Virus record (IMG/VR): IMGVR_UViG_3300035670_000174
Coordinates: 3,960 to 67,959 of that record
Strand: one strand, 5' to 3'
DNA length: 64,000 nucleotides
Source of the DNA: a virus
Made by a program: the position numbers and the translations under genes. Below, in pieces: positions 35,310 through 46,272 of the stretch. A model generated the notes under the pieces. It was not told the DNA's origin. It saw only the letters and a list, made by a program, of their open reading frames with translations, and ran no database searches. Position 1 is the stretch's first letter. Each line of letters starts with the position of its first letter.

Positions 35310-38300
35310 ATGGCAATTAACTTTAACACTGAACCATATTACGACGATTTTTCTGAGTCTAAGAAATTCTACAGAATTTTATATCGTCCTGGCTATGCTG
35401 TTCAGGCTAGAGAACTAACACAGATGCAGACTATTCTGCAAAATCAGATTTCTCGTTTTGGTGATCACATCTTCAAAGAAGGTGCAATGATTATTCCAGG
35501 ACAAATCTCTGTTGATACAAAAATTGCATACATTAAATTAGAAAGTACATATAACTCTGTACTAGCTGATACTATTCTTGAATCTTATGTTGGAAAAATT
35601 ATTACTGATGCTCCAGATGATACAACAGAAGGTCTAAGAGCAAAAGTAATTTTCTATTCTAAAGCAGAAGGCTCTGATGCTCCAACATTATTTGTTCGTT
35701 ATGTTAACTCTGGCGATAATAGTATAACTAAGCAATACTCAGCTTCTGCTGTTCTCCGTGTAGTAGATGACTCTTCTATTGCAAACATCCAAGCACTTTC
35801 ATCATCTCCTTGTGGTGCTGGATCTATCGCTACAATCACTGAAGGTGTGTTTTATCTAAAAGAACATTTTGTTTTAGTCGAAGAGCAAAGTATTGTTCTT
35901 GACAAATATTCTAACACACCATCTTATAGAATTGGTTTAACTGCTACTGAAAAGATTATCACGCCAGAAGACGATTCTTCTCTATTCGATAACGCTCAAA
36001 ATACATTTAACTTTGCAGCTCCAGGCGCACATCGCTATTACATCGAGGCTGTTTTAAGTAAGTTATCATTAACAGATACTAATGATACTGATTTTATTGA
36101 ACTTGTAAGAATTAGTTCAGGTAAAGTACAAAAAGAAACTAGAAGAACAGAATACTCTATTCTTGAGCAAACATTAGCAAGAAGAACATATGATGAGTCT
36201 GGTAACTATACAGTTAAACCATTTGAGATTGATGTTCGCGAGTACAGAAATAATAATCGTGGTGCATGGACATCAGGTAGAGTTTATCTAATCGGAGATG
36301 TAGTCACTAACTCTAGTAATACATACGTCGCGAAAAATTCTGGAACATCTTCTTCAAGCACGCCTCCAACACATACTGCTGGTTCAGTGTATGATGGTCC
36401 AGGTAATACTGGAATTCAGTGGGAATATAATTTAACTCCATATTACAATCGTGGTATCTATTTTCCAGACAATAGCGATAACTTAGCTACTCAACAAGCA
36501 GCAGAAGCAAAACTAGCTGTTGGATTAGAGCCAGGAAAAGCATACATTCAGGGTTTTGAACTTGAAAAAATTGCTACTGAATATCTTGAGGTAGAAAAGG
36601 CAAGAGATTACGTTCAAGTTGATAATGGAATTATTCCAACTACTGCAGGAAACTATGTTCTTATCACAAACATTAATGGTCTTCCTCCAGTAGACACATT
36701 CTCTGAAGTCACTTTATACGACAAAGTCACATCATCTGTTGGCGTTGCTCCAACAAGTTCTACTGTTATCGGAACAGCGAGAGTTAGATTTTTAGAGTGG
36801 CACAATGGAACAATCGGTACTCAAGCATCAATTTACAAACTTGGTTTATTTGATATTAAATTAAATAATAACTTTGACTTTAACAGAAAAGTTAAATCTG
36901 TTTATTTTAGTAGAGGCGATGCAAATATCAACTTTACTGCAGATATTTCTCCTGTCAATACAAGATTAGTTGGTTCTGTTTTCTCTGGAAGCATTGCAAC
37001 ACCTTCTTCCTCAACAACAATTATTGGATCTGGCACATCGTTTGAAACAGATTTGATTGTTGGTGATTATATTTCTATTGGTGGTAGCATCAGACGTGTA
37101 GAGAGTATTGTTTCTCAAACTAATATTACTATAGATACTGCTGTTAATCTTAGTGGTGTTACTATTGATAGAATTTCTACAGATATTCTAGAGCCACAAA
37201 ACACACCACTGGTATTTCAGTTACCATACTATGCAATTAAAGACGTTCGTTCTTCTCTTTTAACAAATGATACTATCTACACTGTATATGAAACATTCAC
37301 AGGTAGCGTGACATCTGGACAAATTTCTATTTCTACTGCTTCTGGAACATTTGCTTCTGCAGCAGAAACTGACAATTATGTTGTTATTGATTATGATGTA
37401 ACTAGTGGTGGTGCAATCATTAATCCATCTAGCGTCGTTCCATCTGGTTCTGGTTGCGTTATTAACGTATCAACAGCATTAAACGGCAGAGCAGTTAAAG
37501 TTATTGCTGCAGTTAATAAGAGTGGTTCTGTTTTAACAGAGAAAACAAAGACCTTAGTTTCTTCAGCAACTGTTGCATTTACATCTAAAGCAACTGCACA
37601 ATCTTCAACTCTATTGCTTGGTAAAGCTGATGCATACAGAATAGTTTCTGTCAAAATGAAATCTGGAACATTTGCGTCTCCAGGTGCTACATATTCTATT
37701 GATATTAGCGATCGATATGATTTCGATAATGGACAAAGAGATACTCACTATGATCAATCAAGATTGATCTTAAAGAATTCTTTTGCTCCACCAGAAGCAC
37801 CTATTGAAATTACGTTTGATTACTTCACTCATTCTACTGGCGATTATTTTACAGTAAACTCATATCCTGCAAATATTGATTACAAGGCTATTCCATATTT
37901 CCAAAATGTATCGTTAAGAGATTGCATCGACTTTAGACCAAGAATTGATGATGCTGGCACAACTTTCTCAGGAACAGGTGCTTCTGTCTCATTAGTTCCA
38001 AAGAGAGGTATAGATGTAAGCGCAGACTTCACATACTATCTCCCAAGAAAAGTTAAAATTGCTATGGACTTTTCTGGCAATTTCTTCTCTATTGATGGTG
38101 TCCCATCTCTAAATCCTGGTGAACCACAAGATCCAGAACTTGGTCTTGTGTTGTATAATCTAACATTAGAGCCATATACATTTGGCACTCTAAGCAATAA
38201 TGTTCAAGTTAATAGACTAGACAATAAACGTTATACAATGCGCGATATTGGTAAGTTAGAAAAGCGTATTGACAATCTAGAATATTATACTTCTCTATCG

Positions 38301-41300
38301 CTATTAGAACAGCAAACAGAATCATTAGATGTTATCGACTCTAATGGTGATACTAGATTTAAGAATGGATTTATTGTAGATAATTTCCAAGGTCATAATA
38401 CTGGTGATACAAATTCTCCAGATTATATTTGCTCTATCGACATGGAAGCTGCAGAGTTAAGACCATTCTATGCTATGCAGAATATCAATCTGTTAGAGAA
38501 AAATTCTAATAACACTCAACGCGCAGGATCTAACTACAAATTATATGGCGATGTTATAACTCTTCCAGTTGTAGAAGATGTTAAATTAATCGAACAACCA
38601 TATGCTTCTAGATTAGAAAACATCAATCCATTTGCAGTTTTCACTTTCTTAGGTGATGTTAAACTAAACCCATCTTCTGATGATTGGTTTGAAATCGATC
38701 GTCGTCCAGACATTGTTAATAACGTAGAAGGTAATTTTGAATCTATTAAGAACATGGCTGAACAGGCTGGTGTTCTTGGAACTGTTTGGAATGCTTGGCA
38801 AACTCAGTGGTCTGGTGCACCTGTTAACACTGGTCGTGTTGTTTATACATTTGGTAGTAACTGGGCTTCTGGGTTTGGTGATGTTCGTTTATCTCAAGCA
38901 GAAGTTCAGCAGCGTTTTGGTATCACATCTTGGGGTAATGCTCGTCAAATAACTGCAGAAACTACTGCTGTAGAATTAGGGCAGCAAAGAACTGGCGTTA
39001 AGTCTACTGTTGTTGCAAAAATCGATAGACAGATTGTCAATGATCGAGTTTTATCAACTGCAGCTATTCCATATATCCGTAGTCGTAATGTCTTAGTTCA
39101 GGTACGTGGACTAAAACCAAATACAAGATTCTATCCATATTTCGACGATATCGCTATAACCAGCTATTGCACACCAGCCACTAAAATTGTTTATACTCCA
39201 ACAGGTGCTACTTCTGCGTTGAAATATGCACAACATAGTGCGTTTGACACTGAAACTAACGTAGGTGGTTTGGCTTCAGCAGCAGCCAGAAGAGTAAATG
39301 GTGATACACAAGTTTGTTTAAATCGTGGTGACATCATTACTGGTTCTACATCTGGAGCAACTGGTGTTCTTGTTGGAAAAGAATATAATCCAGATACTGA
39401 AACATATGCGTTGTATGTTTTAAATGTTATTGGAACATTTAGTCCAACTGAAACTATTACTGGTTCTGTTTCTGCTGCAACAGGTACTGTTTCTACTATT
39501 GCTTCTGGTACTACTGGTGCTAACCTTGTATCAAACTTTAATGGTGACATTCAACTACTGTTTAATATTCCAAATACTGACGCTGTACGTTTCCGTTGTG
39601 GAACTAGAGAATTTAAATTAATCGATGCTGCTACTGCAGATGGAGAATTTACTTCTCGTGGTCGTGCAAACTATCGCGCTGAAGGTGTTCTTGAAACTAG
39701 ACAACAAACAGTTAATGCTGTTAGAAACGCAGAGATTGTTGAAGAGCGTGTTGTTGAGAATAGAGTTATCACTCAAACTACAGACAGAGTAGTTTCTGAT
39801 ACTGGTTGGTGGGATCCACTAGCACAGTCATTCTTAATCGAGCAACGTGGTGGATGTTTCCTATCAAAAGTTGATATTTTCTTTGCAACAAAAGATTCAG
39901 CTATTCCTGTAACTCTAGAAATTAGAGAAATGGTAAATGGTTATCCAGGAAAACGTGTTCTACCATTCTCTCGCATTAAGTTAAATCCAGAGCAAGTTAA
40001 TATCTCAACAAATACAGTAAACCTAGATGGAACAACTGTAGCGAAGTATGATACACCAACTTCTTTTGTTTTCCCATCTCCAGTATATGTTGAAGAGAAC
40101 ACTGAGTACTGTATCGTTCTAGCATCTGATTCAAATAACTATAAAGTTTGGATCTCTCAGATCGGTGATCAGATGCCAGGAACTGCTAGAACAATTTCTG
40201 AGCAGCCATATCTTGGTTCTCTGTTTAAGTCACAAAACGCTTCTACATGGACTGCAGACCAAACTCAAGATCTAAAATTCACTCTATATCGTGCAAGATT
40301 TGAGACTGGTGTTGTTGGAAACATAGAATATGTTAACGACGTTGTTCCTCAACAAACTCTATTCCAGGATCCATTTGAAACTAGATCTGGCACTAATAAG
40401 GTTAGAGTTTGGCAGAAAGAACATGGAATGCCTTCAGGTTCTAGAGTTACTATAAGTGGAGTTTCTGGAACTATCAATAATATTCCAAGTTCTGAGTTTA
40501 ATACAACTCATATCATTAGCGATGTAGATCTAGACAGTTACGTTATTACAGTTTCTACTAATGCTAATGCTTCTGGTTATGTTGGTGGTTCTTCTGTTAG
40601 AGCAACTAGAAATATTCAGATTGACGGTATTCAACCATCTGTTCAAGTTCAGAGATTCTCTGATACTGTAATTAACTTTGGATTGAAAACAACTACTGGT
40701 AAGTCTGTAGATTCAACTACTCAAAATGCATATGTTCAGGAATCTTCATTTACTCCTGTTCTTGCGAATGAAAATAATTTCTTTGAAGCACCAAGAATGA
40801 TTGCTTCTGAAATTAATGAGACTAATTCTCTAGCTGGTAATAAATCATTAACAATGAACGTGACAATGTCCACAACTAATGATGCATTGTCTCCTATTAT
40901 CGACACACATAGAACCAGTGCGATTGTATTCACAAACAAAGTTAATGACCCATCAGAAGTTAATATGAACGTAGTGGCATTAGATAGTAATGTCATCGTT
41001 TCTAATTCAGCTAATATTAGCATTTCTGGTAATACTATTACTACTTCTGATACTGCTACAAAAGAAGCATTCTTATCTGCTAGCATTGGAAAGTATATGA
41101 TTATTGCTGGTGCATCTTCTGGAGAAAGCACTAGACTTATCACAGATATCGCTGCTGATGGATCTTCTATAACATTCTCTGAAGCACCAGCAGCAGTCAC
41201 TGGTAATGTCACAATTACACAGAAAGAGCGTTTTGTTGATGAAATTGCATCTTTTGATTCTTCAACATACAGTAAATATGTAACTAAGAAGATCAATTTT

Positions 41301-41609
41301 GCAAATGCTTCTAACTTCTTAAAGATTAGATTCGCAGTAAATCTACCTTCAGATGCTACTGTTGAGGTGTGGTATAAAACTGCTGTAGTTGGATCTACAT
41401 CATCGTTTGATACATTAACATACACTAAACTAGATCCAGATGCTCCTATTATTAATGCTACAAATGGAAGCAATCAATTCTTTGATGTTTCTTATTCCAA
41501 AGATAACATCGAATCATTTGATGCGGTCCAAGTGAAACTTGTTATGAAATCTAAGAATAGTTCTGAAGTTCCACGCATTAAAGATCTACGTATTATCGCT
41601 TGCGCATAA
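35310..41609 (+). CDS. Large virion structural protein (DUF4815/VrlC-like)
   Basis: PYYDDF...K.FY..L.RPG..VQARELTQ.Q, APGAHR, LARRT.DESG.Y, DPLAQSF. Confidence 0.85.
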   Translation: MAINFNTEPYYDDFSESKKFYRILYRPGYAVQARELTQMQTILQNQISRFGDHIFKEGAMIIPGQISVDTKIAYIKLESTYNSVLADTILESYVGKIITDAPDDTTEGLRAKVIFYSKAEGSDAPTLFVRYVNSGDNSITKQYSASAVLRVVDDSSIANIQALSSSPCGAGSIATITEGVFYLKEHFVLVEEQSIVLDKYSNTPSYRIGLTATEKIITPEDDSSLFDNAQNTFNFAAPGAHRYYIEAVLSKLSLTDTNDTDFIELVRISSGKVQKETRRTEYSILEQTLARRTYDESGNYTVKPFEIDVREYRNNNRGAWTSGRVYLIGDVVTNSSNTYVAKNSGTSSSSTPPTHTAGSVYDGPGNTGIQWEYNLTPYYNRGIYFPDNSDNLATQQAAEAKLAVGLEPGKAYIQGFELEKIATEYLEVEKARDYVQVDNGIIPTTAGNYVLITNINGLPPVDTFSEVTLYDKVTSSVGVAPTSSTVIGTARVRFLEWHNGTIGTQASIYKLGLFDIKLNNNFDFNRKVKSVYFSRGDANINFTADISPVNTRLVGSVFSGSIATPSSSTTIIGSGTSFETDLIVGDYISIGGSIRRVESIVSQTNITIDTAVNLSGVTIDRISTDILEPQNTPLVFQLPYYAIKDVRSSLLTNDTIYTVYETFTGSVTSGQISISTASGTFASAAETDNYVVIDYDVTSGGAIINPSSVVPSGSGCVINVSTALNGRAVKVIAAVNKSGSVLTEKTKTLVSSATVAFTSKATAQSSTLLLGKADAYRIVSVKMKSGTFASPGATYSIDISDRYDFDNGQRDTHYDQSRLILKNSFAPPEAPIEITFDYFTHSTGDYFTVNSYPANIDYKAIPYFQNVSLRDCIDFRPRIDDAGTTFSGTGASVSLVPKRGIDVSADFTYYLPRKVKIAMDFSGNFFSIDGVPSLNPGEPQDPELGLVLYNLTLEPYTFGTLSNNVQVNRLDNKRYTMRDIGKLEKRIDNLEYYTSLSLLEQQTESLDVIDSNGDTRFKNGFIVDNFQGHNTGDTNSPDYICSIDMEAAELRPFYAMQNINLLEKNSNNTQRAGSNYKLYGDVITLPVVEDVKLIEQPYASRLENINPFAVFTFLGDVKLNPSSDDWFEIDRRPDIVNNVEGNFESIKNMAEQAGVLGTVWNAWQTQWSGAPVNTGRVVYTFGSNWASGFGDVRLSQAEVQQRFGITSWGNARQITAETTAVELGQQRTGVKSTVVAKIDRQIVNDRVLSTAAIPYIRSRNVLVQVRGLKPNTRFYPYFDDIAITSYCTPATKIVYTPTGATSALKYAQHSAFDTETNVGGLASAAARRVNGDTQVCLNRGDIITGSTSGATGVLVGKEYNPDTETYALYVLNVIGTFSPTETITGSVSAATGTVSTIASGTTGANLVSNFNGDIQLLFNIPNTDAVRFRCGTREFKLIDAATADGEFTSRGRANYRAEGVLETRQQTVNAVRNAEIVEERVVENRVITQTTDRVVSDTGWWDPLAQSFLIEQRGGCFLSKVDIFFATKDSAIPVTLEIREMVNGYPGKRVLPFSRIKLNPEQVNISTNTVNLDGTTVAKYDTPTSFVFPSPVYVEENTEYCIVLASDSNNYKVWISQIGDQMPGTARTISEQPYLGSLFKSQNASTWTADQTQDLKFTLYRARFETGVVGNIEYVNDVVPQQTLFQDPFETRSGTNKVRVWQKEHGMPSGSRVTISGVSGTINNIPSSEFNTTHIISDVDLDSYVITVSTNANASGYVGGSSVRATRNIQIDGIQPSVQVQRFSDTVINFGLKTTTGKSVDSTTQNAYVQESSFTPVLANENNFFEAPRMIASEINETNSLAGNKSLTMNVTMSTTNDALSPIIDTHRTSAIVFTNKVNDPSEVNMNVVALDSNVIVSNSANISISGNTITTSDTATKEAFLSASIGKYMIIAGASSGESTRLITDIAADGSSITFSEAPAAVTGNVTITQKERFVDEIASFDSSTYSKYVTKKINFANASNFLKIRFAVNLPSDATVEVWYKTAVVGSTSSFDTLTYTKLDPDAPIINATNGSNQFFDVSYSKDNIESFDAVQVKLVMKSKNSSEVPRIKDLRIIACA

Positions 41610-41839
41610 TGAATAATTTTCTAAAAATAGAAGGTAAAGATTCTCTTGTTCGAGATATGAGTAGTGGAGCTATCATAAATACTAATAAGATTGATTATGA
41701 AAATTATGTGAACAAGAGAAGAACTCATCAAAAAATTAATGAAGAAGTAAAAAAGAACACTGATGATATCGAAAGTATAAAAACTGATATCGCAGAAATT
41801 AAGAATATCTTAATTGCGTTACTAAACAAAGGTCAATAA
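41609..41839 (+). CDS. Small coiled-coil virion-associated protein
   Basis: L.RD..SGAIIN motif, usual downstream neighbour of the large structural gene. Confidence 0.7.
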   Translation: MNNFLKIEGKDSLVRDMSSGAIINTNKIDYENYVNKRRTHQKINEEVKKNTDDIESIKTDIAEIKNILIALLNKGQ

Positions 41840-43050
41840 TGGCAGTCATTTTCTTAAGAAGCACTAAAGGTAGCCCTTTAACTATTGCCGAAGCAGATGC
41901 TAACATCAACAACCTAAACACTGAGTTAGGTGGTAAGTTAGATATAACATCTTACACTGCAACAGATGTGCTTGCAAAAATTTTATCAGTCGATGGTGCT
42001 GGTTCTGGTTTAGACGCAGATAGAGTGCAGGGTAAAAATATTGCGTCAACTAACACCAATAACACTCTGGTATTAAGAGACTCATCTGGTAATTTTGCAG
42101 CAACTACTGTTACCGCAAATTTAGTCGGTAATGTTACTGGAAATATTACAGGTAATGGTATCGGTACATGGACAGGTACTGCAACTAATGTCAGTGGCGT
42201 GGTTACTGTGGAGCATGGTGGTACTGGTGTAACAACAGTAGATGCTATTAAAACATTATTGTCTATTGGAAATATGGCTTCTCAAAACTCTGCCAGCGTT
42301 AATATTACTGGTGGAAATATTACAGGCATCAATCCAATTGATGTTTCTAGTGGTGGTACTGGAGCAAGTTCTGCTACTATCGCCAGAATTAACTTGGGTC
42401 TAAATATTGGTACTGATATTCAAGGTTTTGCGCCAATTTTATCTTCCATCTCTGCACTATCTAACAATGGTGTCGTAGTTAAAACTGGTTCTGGTACTTC
42501 AACTACAGCAGCGCTTGTTGCTGGCACAAATATTAATATCACTAACAGTGATTTTACTGGTGGTAATCCAACAATATCATTAATTTCTAGTCCTGCTTTA
42601 ACAGGAACTCCTACTGCGCCAACTGCAGCTGCTGGAAATAATACTACACAAATCGCAACTACAGCGTTTGTTAAATCTGCAGTAGATACAGGTGATGCTG
42701 CTCAACAAGTTTATACTGATAATAAGTTTAATTCTGTAGTTGGTTTAGCTAAAGCATGGGTTGTGTTTAACGGATCTGATGGTTCTATTTTAGCAAGTAA
42801 TAATGTAAATAGTGTCACATCAAATGGTGCAGGTCAGTACACAATTAATATCGCTTCTGGAACATTTAGTAATGCAAACTTTGTAGCGTTTGGTATGTGC
42901 GGTGGTGGTGGAACAACAGCAGGAAGATTTATGACATTCGTCAATTCTAGTGCTACTGCTTTAGTTGTCTACACACTAACAGCAGCATTTAGTGGTGGTA
43001 CTGTAGCAGGCGTCAATAATGGTGTTGTTCGAGTTGCAATGTTTAACTAA
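41839..43050 (+). CDS. Tail fibre protein
   Basis: KGSPLT..E.D.N, DG.GSGLDAD, SPALTGTPTAPT, AKAWV.F.G. Confidence 0.8.
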   Translation: MAVIFLRSTKGSPLTIAEADANINNLNTELGGKLDITSYTATDVLAKILSVDGAGSGLDADRVQGKNIASTNTNNTLVLRDSSGNFAATTVTANLVGNVTGNITGNGIGTWTGTATNVSGVVTVEHGGTGVTTVDAIKTLLSIGNMASQNSASVNITGGNITGINPIDVSSGGTGASSATIARINLGLNIGTDIQGFAPILSSISALSNNGVVVKTGSGTSTTAALVAGTNINITNSDFTGGNPTISLISSPALTGTPTAPTAAAGNNTTQIATTAFVKSAVDTGDAAQQVYTDNKFNSVVGLAKAWVVFNGSDGSILASNNVNSVTSNGAGQYTINIASGTFSNANFVAFGMCGGGGTTAGRFMTFVNSSATALVVYTLTAAFSGGTVAGVNNGVVRVAMFN

Positions 43051-43059
43051 GGTTAAGAA

Positions 43060-43509
43060 ATGAAACATATTTTATATCTACAACAAGATGGTATCGTTGC
43101 TATTATTTCTGGAGCTAAAAATATATCTCTAGTAGATCTACAACAGCAAGTTCCAGTAGGTCTTCCTTCTGTTATGATCGATAGCGAACAATTGCCAAAA
43201 ACAGAACATTTAGAAATTTTTAGAGATGCTCTTACTGCAGATTTTGATAGTCCAGGTCAACCTAAAGTTAAAATTGATCTTGAAAAGGCTAAAAATATTG
43301 CAAAGGTTAAAATTCGCCAATATAGAAAAGAACTATATGCAGCAAACGATATTGTCATTAGAGACGCAATGATTTCTAATGACCAAGTAACTTTAAAGTC
43401 TGCTATCAAGCAAAGAGATTATCTCAAAGATTTAACTAAGGTCGTTAACAATGTAGCAAATGTTGACGAAATTATAGAAAAATTAGAAAACCTTAATATC
43501 AAGGTATAA
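43060..43509 (+). CDS. Putative tail fibre assembly chaperone
   Basis: Follows fibre gene; 'FRDA...KID.EKAK....IR..R' pattern. Confidence 0.6.
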   Translation: MKHILYLQQDGIVAIISGAKNISLVDLQQQVPVGLPSVMIDSEQLPKTEHLEIFRDALTADFDSPGQPKVKIDLEKAKNIAKVKIRQYRKELYAANDIVIRDAMISNDQVTLKSAIKQRDYLKDLTKVVNNVANVDEIIEKLENLNIKV

Positions 43510-43513
43510 TTAA

Positions 43514-44230
43514 ATGGCTGCAATTACCACAAGACAAACTGGAACAACTGGTGTAGATGGTGTAACTAGAAAAGACGCACCATTGAATAATACTGAGATT
43601 GATAATAACTTTATTAGTCTTAACAATAATAAGTTAGAAAGATCTAATAATCTTAGTGACTTAACAGATGCTCTAGTAGCAAGAGCAAACTTAGGTGTAA
43701 CTATCGGTTCTCAGGTTCAAGCATTTGATACTGACCTAGCTGCTCTATCATCTCTAACTACTAATGGAATTCTTGTTAGAACAACAGAGGGTTCTGCGAC
43801 AACTAGAGCATTAACAGGCGCGACAAACGAAGTTATTATCGGAAACGCAGATGGTGTTGCAGGCAACATTTCAGTTACACTTGGTTCTAATATTCCTCGT
43901 TTAGATGCAGCAAGTAATGTGTTTAGTGGTGACATCACTGCAGCAAACTTAAATTCTTCTTCTGATATGCGACTAAAACACAGCGTTGCACCAATTCAGA
44001 ATGCATTAGAAACAGTTAGAAAACTAGAAGGAAAATCTTTTACTTGGATTAAAACTGGTAAAGATTCTTTTGGTGTTATGGCTCAAGAACTAGAACTTGT
44101 TATTCCACAATTAGTTCAAGAAGAAAAAGATGAAAAGTCTGTCAACTATCTTGGTTTAATTGCATTTTTAATTAATGCAGTTAAAGAATTAGATCAAGAA
44201 ATTCAGAATTTGAAATCAAAAGAGTTATAA
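43514..44230 (+). CDS. Tail fibre protein with peptidase S74 autocleaving chaperone
   Basis: SSD.RLK...I..AL....L.G..F.W, G..AQE, VNY..L...LI.AVKEL. Confidence 0.85.
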   Translation: MAAITTRQTGTTGVDGVTRKDAPLNNTEIDNNFISLNNNKLERSNNLSDLTDALVARANLGVTIGSQVQAFDTDLAALSSLTTNGILVRTTEGSATTRALTGATNEVIIGNADGVAGNISVTLGSNIPRLDAASNVFSGDITAANLNSSSDMRLKHSVAPIQNALETVRKLEGKSFTWIKTGKDSFGVMAQELELVIPQLVQEEKDEKSVNYLGLIAFLINAVKELDQEIQNLKSKEL

Positions 44231-44233
44231 ATA
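44226..44233 (+). promoter_or_regulatory. T4-type late promoter
   Basis: TATAAATA, centred in inverted repeat AGAGTTAT-AA-ATAACTCT. Confidence 0.7.
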
Positions 44234-44267
44234 ACTCTATAACAGCCGAGTTCTAAAGGGAGCGAAG

Positions 44268-44549
44268 ATGGCATTAAAGATTCAAAATGTCACCGTCGTA
44301 GATGACGGTAAAAACGGTAAATTTCTAAGCCTATCGCTGGAACAAAATCCAGGAAATACAGGCGCATCCTACCTAAAAGTTCCCTTTTATACAGACGCTT
44401 CCGCAAGAGATACTGCTTTGCCATCTCCAGAAGTTGGCATGGTTGCATTCGTAGGAAATCTGTTTATGGGTTATGATGGTACAAAGTGGGACTCAGTTGC
44501 TGGTCCAGCACTGGACGAAGCATTAACCATAGCGATTATGAGTTTATAA
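44268..44549 (+). CDS. Small fibre-associated protein
   Basis: GGAG RBS; MALKI....V.DD start. Confidence 0.7.
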   Translation: MALKIQNVTVVDDGKNGKFLSLSLEQNPGNTGASYLKVPFYTDASARDTALPSPEVGMVAFVGNLFMGYDGTKWDSVAGPALDEALTIAIMSL

Positions 44550-44552
44550 ATA
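44545..44552 (+). promoter_or_regulatory. T4-type late promoter
   Basis: TATAAATA about 30 nt before ATG 44582. Confidence 0.7.
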
Positions 44553-44581
44553 AAAGGTCAGAAAAGATCGGAGAATAATAA

Positions 44582-45544
44582 ATGCCAGTTAATATCTCAT
44601 CATTAGAAACAGTAATTCAGGCTAAACTGAATGCTCTTACTAGCAGCAGTGATAGTAAAGAAGTCATCTATTTGGCTAAAGCACTAGAGTCATTAGACAA
44701 TGGTGTTATGACAACATATGCATTATATTCAAGCCTACCAGCTGCTGCAACAAACACTGGTAGAGTTGTTTATGTGCAAGACACTGAAAGAGTCTACTAC
44801 TCCAATGGTACATCTTGGGTTACTCTTTCTACTGCACAAAACCCAAATTTCCAAATTAACACTCTTGGTGTTGAAACTTTAGATATAGAAGATTATTCTA
44901 CTCTAACAGAAGCTGTTAACCTAACAGAAGACTTTGATTTAATCACTTCTCCAGTAGATAGCACTGAAGATTGGTTCCAACTGTCATTAGTTAACAAAGG
45001 TTCTCAGGGTGATATCTATATCGACCCAACATGGTTTACATTTACAGTTTATGATGGTGTCACTCGCGCTGGTGTTAAACATTTAGCTGCACATAGAAAT
45101 AACTTAGACTTTGAGAATATGAACTCTTCTCAGCAAGGTCTAGTGCATCTATTAAAAACTAGTGATACTTTAGTCCCACAGGGTACTCCAACACCAATCC
45201 CATTTAGCAGCGCAAGATTGATTGATACACGTCTTGGCACATTTAGTGGTGGTTATTTCACTACTAACTTCGAAGGTTGGTATCTAGTACACCTTTCTAT
45301 CTTCTCTGACAATGATGTGTATTTCATGTTAGGTGGTAGCCAGTCTCCAATGGATAATACCACAACTACTTTTGCAAACAACGAAGTTTATGCAAATCGT
45401 GTTGTTTACCTAAAGAAATATGAAACTCTAAGATTATATGCAATGTGTGATGGTGTCGGTTCTCTAGTTAATAGAACTGTTAGAGCCTATGACTATAACC
45501 ATCCAAACTTGTCACAGATGACTATCCAATTTATTGGTAAATAA
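44582..45544 (+). CDS. Fibre adaptor-like structural protein
   Basis: Three ED[YFW] repeats, internal Mtd_N-like segment, beta-rich C-terminus. Confidence 0.6.
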   Translation: MPVNISSLETVIQAKLNALTSSSDSKEVIYLAKALESLDNGVMTTYALYSSLPAAATNTGRVVYVQDTERVYYSNGTSWVTLSTAQNPNFQINTLGVETLDIEDYSTLTEAVNLTEDFDLITSPVDSTEDWFQLSLVNKGSQGDIYIDPTWFTFTVYDGVTRAGVKHLAAHRNNLDFENMNSSQQGLVHLLKTSDTLVPQGTPTPIPFSSARLIDTRLGTFSGGYFTTNFEGWYLVHLSIFSDNDVYFMLGGSQSPMDNTTTTFANNEVYANRVVYLKKYETLRLYAMCDGVGSLVNRTVRAYDYNHPNLSQMTIQFIGK

Positions 45545-45564
45545 TATAGAATAGGGAAATAAAC

Positions 45565-46257
45565 ATGTCAAAACAAGTTAGATTTAGAAGAGGTACTACT
45601 GCGCAACATAGCGTATTCACTGGTCCAGCTGGTGAAATTACAGTAGATACTGATGAAAAAGCACTAGTCGTTCATGATGGCGTAGTTGCAGGTGGTATTC
45701 CTGTTGCTCGTGCTGATCGCCCACGTGGATTTACTAAAGTCGAATATTTTACTTCATCAGGCACATACAGTATTTCTGGTAAAACTGATCTAAAACGCAT
45801 TCGTGTTTTAGCATCAGGCGGCGGTGGCGGTGGCGGAAGTGGTGGTGATAACTCTGGTGGTGCTCAAGGTGGACAAGGTATTGTAACTATCGAAGCAACT
45901 TCACTACCAGCTACTGTTGCTGTTACTATTGGTGCTGGCGGTGGACAAAACGCTAGTGGTGGTACTACTTCATTTGGTACCTTTATTTCTTGTTCTGGTG
46001 GTGGTGCTGGTAACCAAGGAAGCCAGTCTGCATCATCTATTCCAGGTTCTGCTTCAGGAACTGGTGTTATCAATTTAGGTGCACAATCAGGTGTATCTGG
46101 TGTCGGTTTAGGTTCTGCACAAGGTCGTGGTGGTAGTCCTTGGGGTGGTGGCAGATATGGTGAGGCTGGAAAAGGATTATTTGGATCTGGTGGCGGACCA
46201 ACAGCATCAGGAGGTTCTGGTGGTGTTATTATTGAAGAAATTTATGGATATGTATAA
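45565..46257 (+). CDS. Mtd_N + glycine-rich adhesin, paralogue 1
   Basis: QVRFRRGTT..H..FTG..GE.TVDTD....VVHDG...GG; poly-Gly domain. Confidence 0.8.
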   Translation: MSKQVRFRRGTTAQHSVFTGPAGEITVDTDEKALVVHDGVVAGGIPVARADRPRGFTKVEYFTSSGTYSISGKTDLKRIRVLASGGGGGGGSGGDNSGGAQGGQGIVTIEATSLPATVAVTIGAGGGQNASGGTTSFGTFISCSGGGAGNQGSQSASSIPGSASGTGVINLGAQSGVSGVGLGSAQGRGGSPWGGGRYGEAGKGLFGSGGGPTASGGSGGVIIEEIYGYV

Positions 46258-46272
46258 TAGAGGATAACTAAA

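Noticed and set aside
40736-41473. 245-aa minus-strand ORF (likewise 39191-39550, 49701-50168, 53822-54505, 59355-59738)
   Set aside because: Antisense to Thr/Gly/Ser-rich structural genes whose codon bias suppresses reverse-strand stops.
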